This document shows positions 39,277-49,122 of a stretch of 64,000 bases of DNA, piece after piece. A program made the translations under genes and the position numbers. The DNA is from a candidate division FCPU426 bacterium (GTDB lineage: Bacteria; Oederibacteriota; Muellerivitia; Muellerivitales; Muellerivitaceae). The stretch spans positions 15,591 through 79,590 of the forward strand of contig CAVYSE010000021.1 in the NCBI GenBank assembly GCA_963771075.1. Direction: 5' to 3'. Each line of letters starts with the position of its first letter. Position 1 is the first letter of the stretch. Below the pieces are notes generated by a model that was not told where the DNA came from, did not search any database, and was given only the letters and a program-made list of their open reading frames with translations.

Positions 39277-39311
39277 GACCCCATGATGACCATATAAGGT
39301 CATTTAGTCAA
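39277..39311 (-). promoter_or_regulatory. TA operon promoter with overlapping operator palindrome
   Basis: Minus strand TTGACT-17-CATCAT-6-ATG; palindrome ATGACC-N6-GGTCAT at 39286-39303. Confidence 0.7.
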
Positions 39312-39312
39312 G

Positions 39313-39351
39313 AACGGGGTTCAGCCATGTCCCGGAAACAATGACCCCATT
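39313..39351. mobile_element. Minimal GGGGTCA...TGACCCC element (two ends fused)
   Basis: AACGGGGTTCA-18 nt-TGACCCCATT. Confidence 0.45.
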
Positions 39352-39356
39352 GTTGT

Positions 39357-39597
39357 GCCGGTTATCCACCCCGCTGGCATCCACGCCAATTTTTTCCCCA
39401 TAGATTTTAGCTGCTTTCGCCAGTACCTCTTCCGGTTTCAATTTAACTGCCTGTTTCTGGTATTTGGGCACATCCAGGTTTTTGTGCTTTTACCCCACCT
39501 CGTGGACAATGGTTACGTATTGGCCCCTTTTACAACATTAGCGCAGGAAGAAGGGGTTGGAATAGTTACTATAAAATGAAGACTTGACCCCATTGTT
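39357..39597 (-). mobile_element. Decayed non-autonomous Y1-transposase derivative with one intact end
   Basis: Aligns with 42108-42457 apart from an internal deletion; ends TATAAAATGAAGACTTGACCCCATTGTT. Confidence 0.85.
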
Positions 39598-39885
39598 GCA
39601 AGGCCGTCATTGGCCGCCTCCAAGAAACCATCCCCTCAAAGCAAAAAGGATATCGAACGTATGCAGAAGATTGGGCCAAGGGAAAGACGTGTGCTCGCTT
39701 ACTTCGGAAAGAATTTACAGCTTCGGACAAAAAATCTTTGTTCCTTGTTCGGTATCAAGGAACGCGCGGCCAGGGATTTGCTCGCCAAATGGTTGGAGCT
39801 TGGATTGATCGAAAAACAGGGGTCAGGCAAACGGGACGCCTAATACATTTTATCGGCGGAATATCGGCGTCTTATCGGCAGTTAA
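39598..39885 (+). pseudogene. 3' fragment of an HTH-containing gene (resembles the C-terminus of Fic-family proteins)
   Basis: ...RERRVLAYF...LCSLFGIKERAARDLLAKW...IEKQGSGKRDA*YILSAEYRRLIGS*; internal stop at 39841; no real 5' end. Confidence 0.6.
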
Positions 39886-39909
39886 GAATTTAAATTTTGT
39901 GGGGAAAGC

Positions 39910-39962
39910 CTTCCCCTTGGCCTCGGCTACCTTCGGTGATCCTCGGCACACCCCTTCTCCTG
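39910..39962 (+). repeat. Direct repeat, copy 1, flanking the Sel1/TPR gene
   Basis: CTTCCCCTTGGCCTCGGCTACCTTCGGTGATCCTCGGCACACCCCTTCTCCTG. Confidence 0.9.
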
Positions 39963-40093
39963 GGGCTTTACCCCAAGCCCCTTTAAAACCCTTTAATTCT
40001 TAAATTCTTCCCCATTAGATTCCCTGCCAGAGACTTCTTGTAAAGCCGTAAAATGGGTCTCGTTTTTTAAATTGTCCATCTAAGGGAAACATA

Positions 40094-41896
40094 ATGAAAA
40101 AGTTTCGTATGAAATCAGGCCACCTGGAAATCCTATTTTTAATTGCATTCGTTTATTTTACTAATTCTAATCAAGCTATTCCCCAAATTATGCAAAGAAC
40201 ACCGTTTTCAAAATTAACTCATGATCAATATCTAAAACTGACGCTTGAAGACATTAAAATTATTGCGAACCAGGGTGATTCGGATGCTCAATTACAATTA
40301 GGCGTCTTATATTGCGCTGGCACAAACATGGCACATCCCGATATTCAGGAAGGTATAACTTGGTATAAGAAATCCATTGAAAACGGAAATGGACGAGCAG
40401 CTCTTTATTTGGCCGAAATTTACCAACATGGAATTGAAGGCCATCCTGACATGAAAGAGGCCATGAAGTGGTTTTGGAAAGCCTCTGATTTGGGGGATGA
40501 CGTTGCGACGACATGGTTAGCAAAGTGGTACAAGGAAGGAACAAATGGAGTAAATCAAGACTATGCAACGGCCTTAAAATTATTCCAAAAGTTGGTGGAT
40601 CATGGGAATAGAGGGGGCACTGTTTCATTGGCGGAAATGTATGTAAAAGGTGATGGCGTTGAAAAAAACTCAACGAAAGCTCGGGAATTGTTGAAAAACT
40701 TTCCTGACGATGGGAATGCCGATGTTTCCCGGATATTAGTTGAATTGGCCGGCTACGAAAGCGTCAACGCTATAGGAAGTTATTTAGCCAAAGATAAACC
40801 CACTATTCCATCTTTTTATTTTTGGAGAAGGGCATATCAAAAAAAAGGACCAAGTTATTACAAATTATTTAAATCCGATGAAAATGGGGTTTCATCTGAA
40901 GAAAAAGCATTTACTATAACCCATGAAGAAGCGACAGAAGAATATCAGACCAAACATCCCGTTCAAGCAGCCTTTGCGTCTTACGCCGATATGGTTAAGT
41001 ACAGCACCCCAACGGCAACACCAACACCCATAATATCCCCTTCCAAAAAGTGGTTAATTACCATGCCTGAAGGTAGTTGGGAAGACGATCATTCCATTCA
41101 ATTGTTAAACAGTGATTCTAATCAACAAACAGAAGTAGATATTCCAGGCGGGGGTTGGTCTTGGTCCCCGGTTTGTTGGAATCCGACAAGGGATCTTTTC
41201 TATTTTTCCGAGAACGAAGGATCTTCTACGGATAGGCACAATGATTATTGGCAGTTTGATCCGGTAATGAAAAAATTCACTTTCATCGGTGGGGGTATTG
41301 GGTCTTTTGAATTCAGCCCCGATGGAAAATGGATTATCTGGAATGATGGAACTTGGATTCAATGGGAAGACCACCAAATTCACGCCTATAGTGTTGAAAC
41401 AAATATGGACTACACATTAACCAACGGCCACTCAGATAATTCTTTTTATAAATGGGCGGATGATAATTCTATTGGAAAATGGGACGAGATAAATAAACAC
41501 ATTAACGCAGGAAGAAAACTTTACTCACAGAAGGATTTTAAAGGTGCGATCTCCGAATATCTTAAGGCCATCGATTTAGACCCAAATAATGGGACGGCCT
41601 ATGGCTACATGGGTTATTCCTACTTACGAAATGGGCAACTGGACGAAGCGGAAAAATCTCTTCAAAATGCCATGAGGCTCAATCCTGGTGATCCAATGAA
41701 TAAGTACAATTCGTCCTTGGTTTATTGGACGAAACAAAACGGCGGCTTAGCCTCTTTTTGGCTTGAACAACTTTATATCATTGATTATTCCTTTAGACGA
41801 AAAGTGGAAAAAGATCCTCAATTTAAGGATGTCATTAAAAGCCCTGAATACCTAAAGATGATCAAAAAGAGATGGGGAAGATCCAAATCTTCGTAA
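40094..41896 (+). CDS. Secreted Sel1-repeat, propeller-like and TPR protein (AT-rich)
   Basis: Sel1 repeats (GDSDAQLQLGVLY, GNGRAALYLAEIY), FSPDGKWI propeller-like motif, C-terminal TPRs. Confidence 0.85.
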   Translation: MKKFRMKSGHLEILFLIAFVYFTNSNQAIPQIMQRTPFSKLTHDQYLKLTLEDIKIIANQGDSDAQLQLGVLYCAGTNMAHPDIQEGITWYKKSIENGNGRAALYLAEIYQHGIEGHPDMKEAMKWFWKASDLGDDVATTWLAKWYKEGTNGVNQDYATALKLFQKLVDHGNRGGTVSLAEMYVKGDGVEKNSTKARELLKNFPDDGNADVSRILVELAGYESVNAIGSYLAKDKPTIPSFYFWRRAYQKKGPSYYKLFKSDENGVSSEEKAFTITHEEATEEYQTKHPVQAAFASYADMVKYSTPTATPTPIISPSKKWLITMPEGSWEDDHSIQLLNSDSNQQTEVDIPGGGWSWSPVCWNPTRDLFYFSENEGSSTDRHNDYWQFDPVMKKFTFIGGGIGSFEFSPDGKWIIWNDGTWIQWEDHQIHAYSVETNMDYTLTNGHSDNSFYKWADDNSIGKWDEINKHINAGRKLYSQKDFKGAISEYLKAIDLDPNNGTAYGYMGYSYLRNGQLDEAEKSLQNAMRLNPGDPMNKYNSSLVYWTKQNGGLASFWLEQLYIIDYSFRRKVEKDPQFKDVIKSPEYLKMIKKRWGRSKSS

Positions 41897-41934
41897 AAAC
41901 TGTCCCCCTAAGTAACCTGTAGAGAATTGATGGG

Positions 41935-42019
41935 CTTCCCCCTTGGCCTGCCCTCCGAAGCCTTGGCGTAGGATGACCTCGGCTACCTTCGGTGATCCTC
42001 GGCACACCCCCTTCTCCTG
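41935..42019 (+). repeat. Direct repeat, copy 2, containing a 27-nt REP-like insertion
   Basis: Same sequence as 39910-39962 with GCCCTCCGAAGCCTTGGCGTAGGATGA inserted at 41950-41976 between duplicated CCT. Confidence 0.9.
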
Positions 42020-42022
42020 CAA

Positions 42023-42457
42023 AACAATAGGGTCAAGTCTTCATTTTATATTATCTATCCGAGCCTTGAACCGTGTCTCTCCCTCCATCCGCTTCTTTAC
42101 CATCGCTATCCGATTCCCCACCGCGCTGGCACCCACGCCCATCTTTTCCCCAATTTCCATTGAACTCATCCCCGATTTCCGTTTCATCAAATAAATGGCC
42201 GCGTCCCGTGCTTCCGACTCCCTTTTTCCAGCCTTCAATATCTCACCCGGCTTTTCCCCATGGATTTTAGCTACTTTCGCCAGTACCTCTTCCGGTTTCA
42301 ATTTAATTGCCTGTTTCTGGTATTTGGGCACATCCAGGTGTTTGTGCTTTTAGCCCACCTCGTGAACAATGGATACGCGATGGCGCATTTTACAACATTA
42401 GCGCAGGAAGAAGCGGTTGGAAAAGCTGCTATAAAGTGAAGACTTGATCTTATTGTT
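42023..42457 (-). mobile_element. MITE-like Y1-transposase derivative retaining only the DnaA-C-like HTH region
   Basis: 28-bp terminal inverted repeats with 3 mismatches (42023-42050, 42430-42457); ORF 42041..42331 is homologous to the last ~97 aa of the full transposase (PKYQK...EARD.AIYL.K..GVx.SA.GNR). Confidence 0.9.
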
Positions 42458-42665
42458 GTTACAGCCTTAGAAGATGCCAATCCCACAGCTATGGCGAGGG
42501 CACCATAGCGGCCGCGCCTCAATTCCCTATCTTGGATCAACCCACTAATCTAAAAACCCTGAAAATCCAGGCCTTTTCCCTCCATCCCTTTTGGCACTCC
42601 CCTTGCGTTACACCCTATCCAACAGCGGCCTATCTGAACTCGAACCGCTTGAGGAGAAGCACCGA

Positions 42666-43046
42666 ATGTCCCAAGAACCGATCCTGGTCATCGATGACAA
42701 CCCAATGAACCAAAAGCTAGAGAGGGTTTTATTGGAGATCGAGCAGTACCAGGTGAAAACCGCGAAAGACGCCCCTGACGCCTTTCGCGTCCTCGAATCC
42801 TTCATGCCCCGCCTGATCCTGATGGACCTTCAGATGCCCGGCATGGACGGTTTGGAATTGACGAACCGGTTGAAAAGCGATCCCCGCTACCGCGGCATCA
42901 TCATCGTGATGGTGAGCTCGGACGCCCAGAAGGGCGACGGGGACCGTGCCCGCGCGGCCGGATGCGACCTATACCTCACTAAACCCATCGACACCCAGGC
43001 CCTCCCGGGCCTGGTGGCGGGTTTTTTGAGAAAAAACCAGGCTTGA
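42666..43046 (+). CDS. Single-domain response regulator (DivK-like)
   Basis: ILVIDDN, ILMDLQMPGMDG and TKPID motifs; start ATG 42666. Confidence 0.92.
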   Translation: MSQEPILVIDDNPMNQKLERVLLEIEQYQVKTAKDAPDAFRVLESFMPRLILMDLQMPGMDGLELTNRLKSDPRYRGIIIVMVSSDAQKGDGDRARAAGCDLYLTKPIDTQALPGLVAGFLRKNQA

Positions 43047-43077
43047 CGGGAAAAGCCCAACCCATGAGGAGGATGCC

Positions 43078-43779
43078 ATGTTGACCGCTTACAAACCGAA
43101 TCTATCGTCCCTGAGATCCAGGATGAACCGGGGGTTCCTTGCCGGCCTGGACCTGTTCAAGGCCATCCCCGAAGAAGCCCTCGCCGGGTTGGAAAGGCAT
43201 TTGGTTGAAAGGCGCTACGCGAGGAACGCATCCATCCTCCTCGAAGGGGACCCGGCTGAATCGGTGTGGTTCGTCAAGGAAGGCCGGGTGAAGGCCATGG
43301 CGAACGCGCCCAACGGCCGCTGTCAAACCCTTTGCCTGGCGGGTCCCCGGAGCCTTTTTGGAACCTGCTGCTGCCTGGCGGGCGGAAAGATCCCCTGTCA
43401 TAGCGTCGCCGAAACGGAAGTGGTCGTGGTTTCCCTGCCGCTCCAGGAATTCCGGGACCTGATGGCCCGATATCCCGCCCTGGCGGCCAACCTGTTAGGG
43501 CTCATCAGCGACCGCCTGCGCCAATCCAAGGACATGCAGACCTTCGACCAGGAAAGCGTGGAAAAACGCATCCTCCACGTCCTGGTAAACCTGGTCGCTG
43601 AATACGGGAACACCATCCCCTTGACCCGCCGGGAGATCGCCGAGATCACGGGCACGACCGTGGAAACCAGTATTCGTACCTTCCTCCGCTTGGAAGCCGA
43701 GGGGGTCGTCGGCACAGGCCGCGGCAAGATCATGGTCCATAGCGTTCAAAGCCTGATGGACCGGATGGAAGAAATTTAA
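43078..43779 (+). CDS. Crp/Fnr family transcriptional regulator, Cys-rich
   Basis: cNMP-type domain plus LTRREIAEITGTTVETSIR HTH. Confidence 0.92.
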   Translation: MLTAYKPNLSSLRSRMNRGFLAGLDLFKAIPEEALAGLERHLVERRYARNASILLEGDPAESVWFVKEGRVKAMANAPNGRCQTLCLAGPRSLFGTCCCLAGGKIPCHSVAETEVVVVSLPLQEFRDLMARYPALAANLLGLISDRLRQSKDMQTFDQESVEKRILHVLVNLVAEYGNTIPLTRREIAEITGTTVETSIRTFLRLEAEGVVGTGRGKIMVHSVQSLMDRMEEI

Positions 43780-43789
43780 GGAAAGGGGA

Positions 43790-43975
43790 ATGAAAATGGA
43801 ATATTCAAGTGAAAAACCCACCCAGGCGCCAAGAAAGAACAAAGCCGATCGGAAGGCAGGAACCAGGTACCCCCATTTCCCCGACAAGGCCATGGAAATC
43901 CTGAGGGATTCCCCCAATCCGCTATTCCGGTCGGCGGACTTGGCCTGGGTGATCGTCAAGGGAAAGGGACGCTGA
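43790..43975 (+). CDS. Small hypothetical protein
   Basis: 61-aa ORF packed between co-oriented genes, with AGGGG upstream. Confidence 0.45.
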   Translation: MKMEYSSEKPTQAPRKNKADRKAGTRYPHFPDKAMEILRDSPNPLFRSADLAWVIVKGKGR

Positions 43976-43976
43976 G

Positions 43977-44333
43977 ATGAACCCGAAGGAGGGGAACATG
44001 ACGAGGGATCAGCAAAAAATCGTATGGAAGAGGATGAACGCCTTGATCCAGGAATTCGAGGTGGACCGGCTCAGCTTCAGGGGATTGGTGGAAAGGCTCA
44101 TGCTGGTCATGGACCCCTCGATCTTCCAGGAGGGGAACGTCGTTCAAACCTGGTACGGGCATTGGATCCGCCTGTGGAACCTGTCGACGGCCTGGCAGCC
44201 CGGGATGAGCGACCACCTGGAACTGATCGGCCTTTTCGTATCGGACTTGCGGGCCTTCATTTCCGGGGAGATCACCAAGCTGGAACTGGAGGGTGAATCC
44301 CGGAACTTCCAATACAGGGAAATGGCCGGTTAG
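43977..44333 (+). CDS. Hypothetical protein
   Basis: GC3-rich ORF; strong SD AAGGAGG precedes the internal ATG (MTRDQQ), the likelier start. Confidence 0.6.
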   Translation: MNPKEGNMTRDQQKIVWKRMNALIQEFEVDRLSFRGLVERLMLVMDPSIFQEGNVVQTWYGHWIRLWNLSTAWQPGMSDHLELIGLFVSDLRAFISGEITKLELEGESRNFQYREMAG

Positions 44334-44340
44334 GCCATAG

Positions 44341-45723
44341 TTAGAGGGCGTACTTTTTAACTTTTAAGTGAAGGGTTTTGTAATCGGTCTTCAGCAGTTT
44401 GGACGCCTTGCTCTTGTTGCCCCCAACGGAACGCAGGGCGTGGGCGATGGCTTGGCGTTCGGCGGCGTCCACCGCCTTTTCGGCGACCTGCTTGAGCGAC
44501 AAGCCCGGCGTCAGGGGCACCTCCACCGGTCCGGGGCTTTCCTGTCCATCCTTTTTACCGATAAAAGCCCTAACCGATTTCTCGTCCAAAACCGGCCCCG
44601 TGGACAACAACACCGCCTGGCGGACCACGTTCCTCAGTTCCCGGATATTCCCCGGCCAGGCGTGGGCCGAGAGCAGTTCCAGGGCCCCCGGCGAAAGGCC
44701 AGCCGCGCCCTTGCGCAGTTCCAGCGCGGCCTCCTGGGTGAACCGCCCGGCCAAGAGGGGGATATCCGACCGGCGTTCCCTTAAAGGGGGGAGGTTCAGG
44801 GTGAACTCGGCCAGGCGGTAGTAAAGGTCCTGCCGGAAACGGCCGGTGCGCGCCTCTTCCTCCAGGGGAGCGTTCGTGGCGGCGATGAAACGCACGTCAA
44901 TGGCAAAACCCCTGTCGGCCCCCACGGGTTTCACCTGGCGTTCCTGCAAAACCCGCAACAGTTTGGCCTGCAGGCCCAGGGGCAGGTTCCCCACCTCGTC
45001 CAGCAACAGCGTGCCTCCCCGGGCCTGGAAGAGCAGTCCTTCTTTTTTACGCTCCGCCCCCGTGAAGGCCCCCTTCTCGTGGCCGAACAGCTCGGATTCC
45101 AAAAGGTTCTCCGCCAAGGCCCCGCAGTCCAGCGCCACGAAAGGCCCATCACGCCGGGAGCTTTCCGCATGCAGCGCCCGGGCCGCCAGTTCCTTGCCCG
45201 TCCCCGTTTCTCCCTGGATCAGGACCGTCAAAAGGGAATCCGCCACCTTTTCAATCTGCCCGATGACCCTTTGGACCTCCTCGCTATTGCCCAGGATGCG
45301 GCTCAAGGCCCCGTCCCGGGTGGCCCCCCGCCTCAGCCTTTCCATGCGGGCCAGGAGTTCTCCCTTTTCCAGCGCCCTCTGTAGGGTCACCCGCAACTGG
45401 TCCGCGTCAAAGGGTTTGGTCAGGTAATGGAAGGCTCCCAGCCGCACGGCCCGCAGGGCCGTTTCCGCGTCGTTATGGCTGGTCAGCATCACCACCGGCA
45501 GGTGGGGCGAGAAGGCCTTGAGCTTTTCCAGTACCTGCAAACCGTCCAGGTCCGGCAAGTTCAAGTCCAGCAAAACGGCGTCGGGAATGGATTGGGCGGC
45601 CTTCACCAGGGCCTCCCGGCCCGTCTCGGCCTCGGTCAGGGCGTAGCCCTCTTTTCCGCCCAGCACGGCCCGCAGGAGCTTGCGGCCCAAGGTCTCGTCG
45701 TCAACGATCAGGATCTTTTTCAT
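44341..45723 (-). CDS. Sigma-54-dependent response regulator (NtrC/AtoC family)
   Basis: REC domain, GETGTGKE, ESELFGHEKGAFTGA, WPGNIREL and Fis-type HTH. Confidence 0.96.
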   Translation of the reverse strand: MKKILIVDDETLGRKLLRAVLGGKEGYALTEAETGREALVKAAQSIPDAVLLDLNLPDLDGLQVLEKLKAFSPHLPVVMLTSHNDAETALRAVRLGAFHYLTKPFDADQLRVTLQRALEKGELLARMERLRRGATRDGALSRILGNSEEVQRVIGQIEKVADSLLTVLIQGETGTGKELAARALHAESSRRDGPFVALDCGALAENLLESELFGHEKGAFTGAERKKEGLLFQARGGTLLLDEVGNLPLGLQAKLLRVLQERQVKPVGADRGFAIDVRFIAATNAPLEEEARTGRFRQDLYYRLAEFTLNLPPLRERRSDIPLLAGRFTQEAALELRKGAAGLSPGALELLSAHAWPGNIRELRNVVRQAVLLSTGPVLDEKSVRAFIGKKDGQESPGPVEVPLTPGLSLKQVAEKAVDAAERQAIAHALRSVGGNKSKASKLLKTDYKTLHLKVKKYAL

Positions 45724-46126
45724 TATTCTCCAAAAAAGCGGAAGTGTTATTTTTTTCGCCGTTCAAATATCCCGCCAGCAGCGCAGGCAGGGTTTGGGTA
45801 TCGATGGGTTTGGCGATATAACCGTCACAGCCGGCCGCCCGGGCCTTTTCCTCGTCGCCCTTCATGGCATAGGCAGTGAGCGCCAGGATCAGGATTGAGG
45901 AAGTTTTCGGGTCCCCCTTCAGCCGCCGGGTCAGCGTGAGTCCGTCCATCCCGGGAAGCTGGAGGTCCATCAGGATCAGGCGTGGCCGGGAGTTTTCCAG
46001 GTACTTCAAGGCCTCCTCTGCGTCCTGGGCCGTGGCCACCCCGTAACCCTCCCCTTCCAGCATGACCTTGGTCAGCTTGAGGTTTAGGTAGTTGTCGTCC
46101 ACGACCAAAATCAATTCCCCCGGCAT
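45701..46126 (-). CDS. Single-domain response regulator (DivK-like)
   Basis: ILVVDDN, ILMDLQLPGMDG, LTAYAMKGDEE and AKPID motifs; start ATG 46126. Confidence 0.93.
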   Translation of the reverse strand: MPGELILVVDDNYLNLKLTKVMLEGEGYGVATAQDAEEALKYLENSRPRLILMDLQLPGMDGLTLTRRLKGDPKTSSILILALTAYAMKGDEEKARAAGCDGYIAKPIDTQTLPALLAGYLNGEKNNTSAFLENNEKDPDR

Positions 46127-46235
46127 TTGTTCCCCCCGGCTCTTCCCAAACCGTGCTGGCCACGCGGACAAAGGGTCCCAGGGAAACTTCCTAGTGCCCC
46201 CTGTGTCTCTGGTGTGAAAAATTTGTTTGGGTTAT

Positions 46236-47474
46236 TTACGCTCCCGCCTTCGTCTCGAAGGGGAGCACAGCGAAAAAGACGCTTCCCTTCCCCGGCTCGC
46301 TCCGTACCCCCACCTTCCCGCCCTGGGCCTCCACGATGCTTTTCGTCAGGGCCAGCCCCAGCCCGGTTCCGGCGTATTTTTTGGCCGAACCCGCGTCCAG
46401 CTGTTGGAATTCCACGAAGAGTTTGGGCAAGTCCTCTCTCTTGATCCCGATTCCCGAATCCTCCACCTCCAGCCGAAAATGGCCCTCTTCCTCCCGGTGG
46501 ATCCTCAAGGTCACAATCCCTCCCTCGGGGGAAAACTTGAGGGCGTTGGAAAGGAAGTTGTAAAGCACCTGCTTGAGCTTGGAAGGGTCCAGCAGGGCCG
46601 ATGGAAGGCCCGGGGAAATCTCCAGGTCGATCTGGATCCGCTTCTGGGCGGCCAGCCCCCGCAATATGTCTTTCACCTCGGCGGCGACCTTGGAAAGGTC
46701 GATCACTTCGGGCCTGAATTCCATCTTGCCCGCCTCCACCTTGGTCAGGTCCAGGACGTCGTTGATCAGGCGCAGGAGGTGCCGGGCGCTGGTAAGGATG
46801 TCGCCCAGGTATTCCTTCTGGTCCGGCGCCATGTCCCCCACCTTGCCGTTCACCATCAGTTCGGAGAAACCGATGATGGCGTTCAGGGGAGTCCTCAGCT
46901 CGTGGGACATGTTGGCCAAAAACTCGCTCTTGAGGCGGTTGGTCTCCTGGATGCGGCGGTTCTCCTCCTCCAGTTGGCGTTTGCGTTCGGTGGTGTCGCG
47001 GATCGCGGCGGTCACATAGACTCCCTGATCCGTTTCCAGGGGGCTGAGGGAGATCTCGGCGGGAAACTCGGTCCCGTCCTTGCGCAAGGCGTAGAGGTCC
47101 AACCCCGCTCCCATGGGCCGTGCCTTGGGGGTGGAGAAATAACTATCCCTTTTGGCCGGGTGCATGTTCCGGAACCGCGGTGGAACGAGCTTTTCCATCG
47201 GCTCTCCGAGGAGTTCGGCCCTTTTCCAGCCGAAAAGGGCCTCGGTTTGGGCGTTCACGATAAGGATGCGGCCATGCTGGCCCACGATGATCATGGCATC
47301 GGGCGCGGCTTCCAAGATACCCCTGAATAGAGCCGCCTGGTCGGGGGCCCCTAAAAAGCTTTTTGTTTTCTTTTTCTTGTTTGGTTGGGTACGCGTTGCG
47401 CGATGGACTTGGCGTGGCTTGATTTTTTTCAAAAGCCGGCTCCCCCGAACCAGGAAATGATTCAACGGGGCCAA
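46236..47474 (-). CDS. Cytoplasmic PAS sensor histidine kinase
   Basis: PAS domain (APDAMII...RKDGTEFPAEISLSP), SHELRTPLN, NALKFS, DSGIG and GTGLGL; start uncertain. Confidence 0.93.
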   Translation of the reverse strand: MAPLNHFLVRGSRLLKKIKPRQVHRATRTQPNKKKKTKSFLGAPDQAALFRGILEAAPDAMIIVGQHGRILIVNAQTEALFGWKRAELLGEPMEKLVPPRFRNMHPAKRDSYFSTPKARPMGAGLDLYALRKDGTEFPAEISLSPLETDQGVYVTAAIRDTTERKRQLEEENRRIQETNRLKSEFLANMSHELRTPLNAIIGFSELMVNGKVGDMAPDQKEYLGDILTSARHLLRLINDVLDLTKVEAGKMEFRPEVIDLSKVAAEVKDILRGLAAQKRIQIDLEISPGLPSALLDPSKLKQVLYNFLSNALKFSPEGGIVTLRIHREEEGHFRLEVEDSGIGIKREDLPKLFVEFQQLDAGSAKKYAGTGLGLALTKSIVEAQGGKVGVRSEPGKGSVFFAVLPFETKAGA

Positions 47475-47592
47475 TAGTAGTCACAGTTGATACTCGTTCT
47501 CAAGATGGTCGAAGAATAAAAAATGACTGATTTTTGGCCTGAAAAACTGATTGGCAAAAAGGAAGATTCGAGTTTAAGGAGGAAGTGCGGCT

Positions 47593-48913
47593 TTACGTCG
47601 TCGACAAGGGATCGTTCATCCGGCCCATGAACAGCACGGTGTTCGACGCGTTATCCACGATCATGAAGATGAAGGGATGGTCGCAAACGAAGGGGATTGG
47701 AGGAGGTGTGTAGGTAACAATCATAACAGTAACACCAACGACAACCCCCGTCGCGGCGGCGGCGACCGTACCTGTCTCCGTCACATCCACATAGGCCTGA
47801 TGCACCACATCGGTGATGTACAAATTATTGGTGCCATCCATATTCCAGAAATTAGCGCCAATAAGCGTTGTGGGCCCTGGGCGCGTAAAGGCCAAAGGCA
47901 TCATTGCCGTCAGGTTGCTGGTTAAGTCGTAATTCGTGGAAAAGGTGAACCTGGGAAGGGCCAAGGCCACCTGGGTGCCCGAGGTGGCGTTCAGGGTGGT
48001 CGCGTTCGCGGTTAAAAACGCGTTGATGTTGGAACCTGTCATGAGTCCTTCCAGTGTCGACATCCCACCCACGGGCGGCAGGAAGATATACATGGAAGCC
48101 CCATTGCCCGTGTAAGGAAGGGCGATGACGCTGGCCGCCCCGTTATAGGTGCCCAGGTTGGCCCCCAAGGTCTGGTGCATCATGCTGACCGATTCGGTCG
48201 CGCCGGTGCCCATCGTGAAGGTTTGCGGAGTCGTTCCCGTGGTCACGAATTTACTTAGCCAATCGGCGTGGAAATAGATGGCGTTCGTGATCACAAGCCG
48301 GGTGTAGGGCGTGAAATTTGCAGGAGACAAAAGATTGGGAATATGGCCATAAGTTTCTTGCGAAACAGCCCCGTCGATCGTCTGGGCCGCGCCCGAGGGG
48401 TTATTCACGAAATCCACGTTCGTGACGCCGGAGTCATAATAAGTTTGAAGGGTGTTTTCATAGGATGAAAGGACGGGAAAACTTTGCTGAACCCACAGGT
48501 TGTCGGCGGTCGAAAGGGTGTAGGGTTTGCTGGGGCTGTTGATCTGGTTGATGAGCTGTTGGAAACCCTGGAGCCGGAGTCGTGGTGTTGGGGTTCAAGT
48601 CGAGCGCGTTTTGCATTTGGACTTGGGTATTCCCCACCGCGCCTTCCTGGGCCATGGCCATGGCCGTGATAATGCTGAAGGGGGAGAAAAAGATATTCCC
48701 GGTTTGGCCTTGGTAAAGGTTATAAAGGCTGGAACTGAACTGATTGCATGCTTCCTGGGGAGTATAAATCGTTGAGTTGCTGGCTAGGGGGGTATAGGTC
48801 GAGTTCGAGTTGGAGAGGGGGGAAAGGGCGGACTGTTTGGTACAGCCCCCGTTGAAACCTAGGACGATGACGCCCGACACCAACCCGAAATAAGCCCAGA
48901 TATTCTTTCTCAT
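47593..48913 (-). pseudogene. Lipoprotein serpin, copy 1, with a single +1 frameshift near 48577 (real or sequencing error)
   Basis: NIFFSPFSI, NAIYF, ETGTVAAAAT and DHPFIFMI...FMGR motifs; removing one base in ACT-C-CGG restores RLQGFQQL...YTLSTADNLW, colinear with copy 2. Confidence 0.9.
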
Positions 48914-49122
48914 ACGGACCGCCTCCATGGATGTGCTCTATTAATGTTTTCGCTCATAATATTCGCTAAGTTTCAATTCAGCCTTCCGCTGAAGATTTAA
49001 GAAACCTTAGAATTTGTAGTAATTATACCGCTTTCCCCATATTTTGCCGGTGCCCCGCGGGAACAGGTTTAACGGACAATCTTTGGGAATGCCTCTTCCT
49101 CGCCCTTCGCTCAAGGGGGTTT

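Noticed and set aside
39819..39828. GGGGTCAGGC as another element end
   Set aside because: It lies inside the coding fragment (KQGSGK) and marks no boundary; probably chance.
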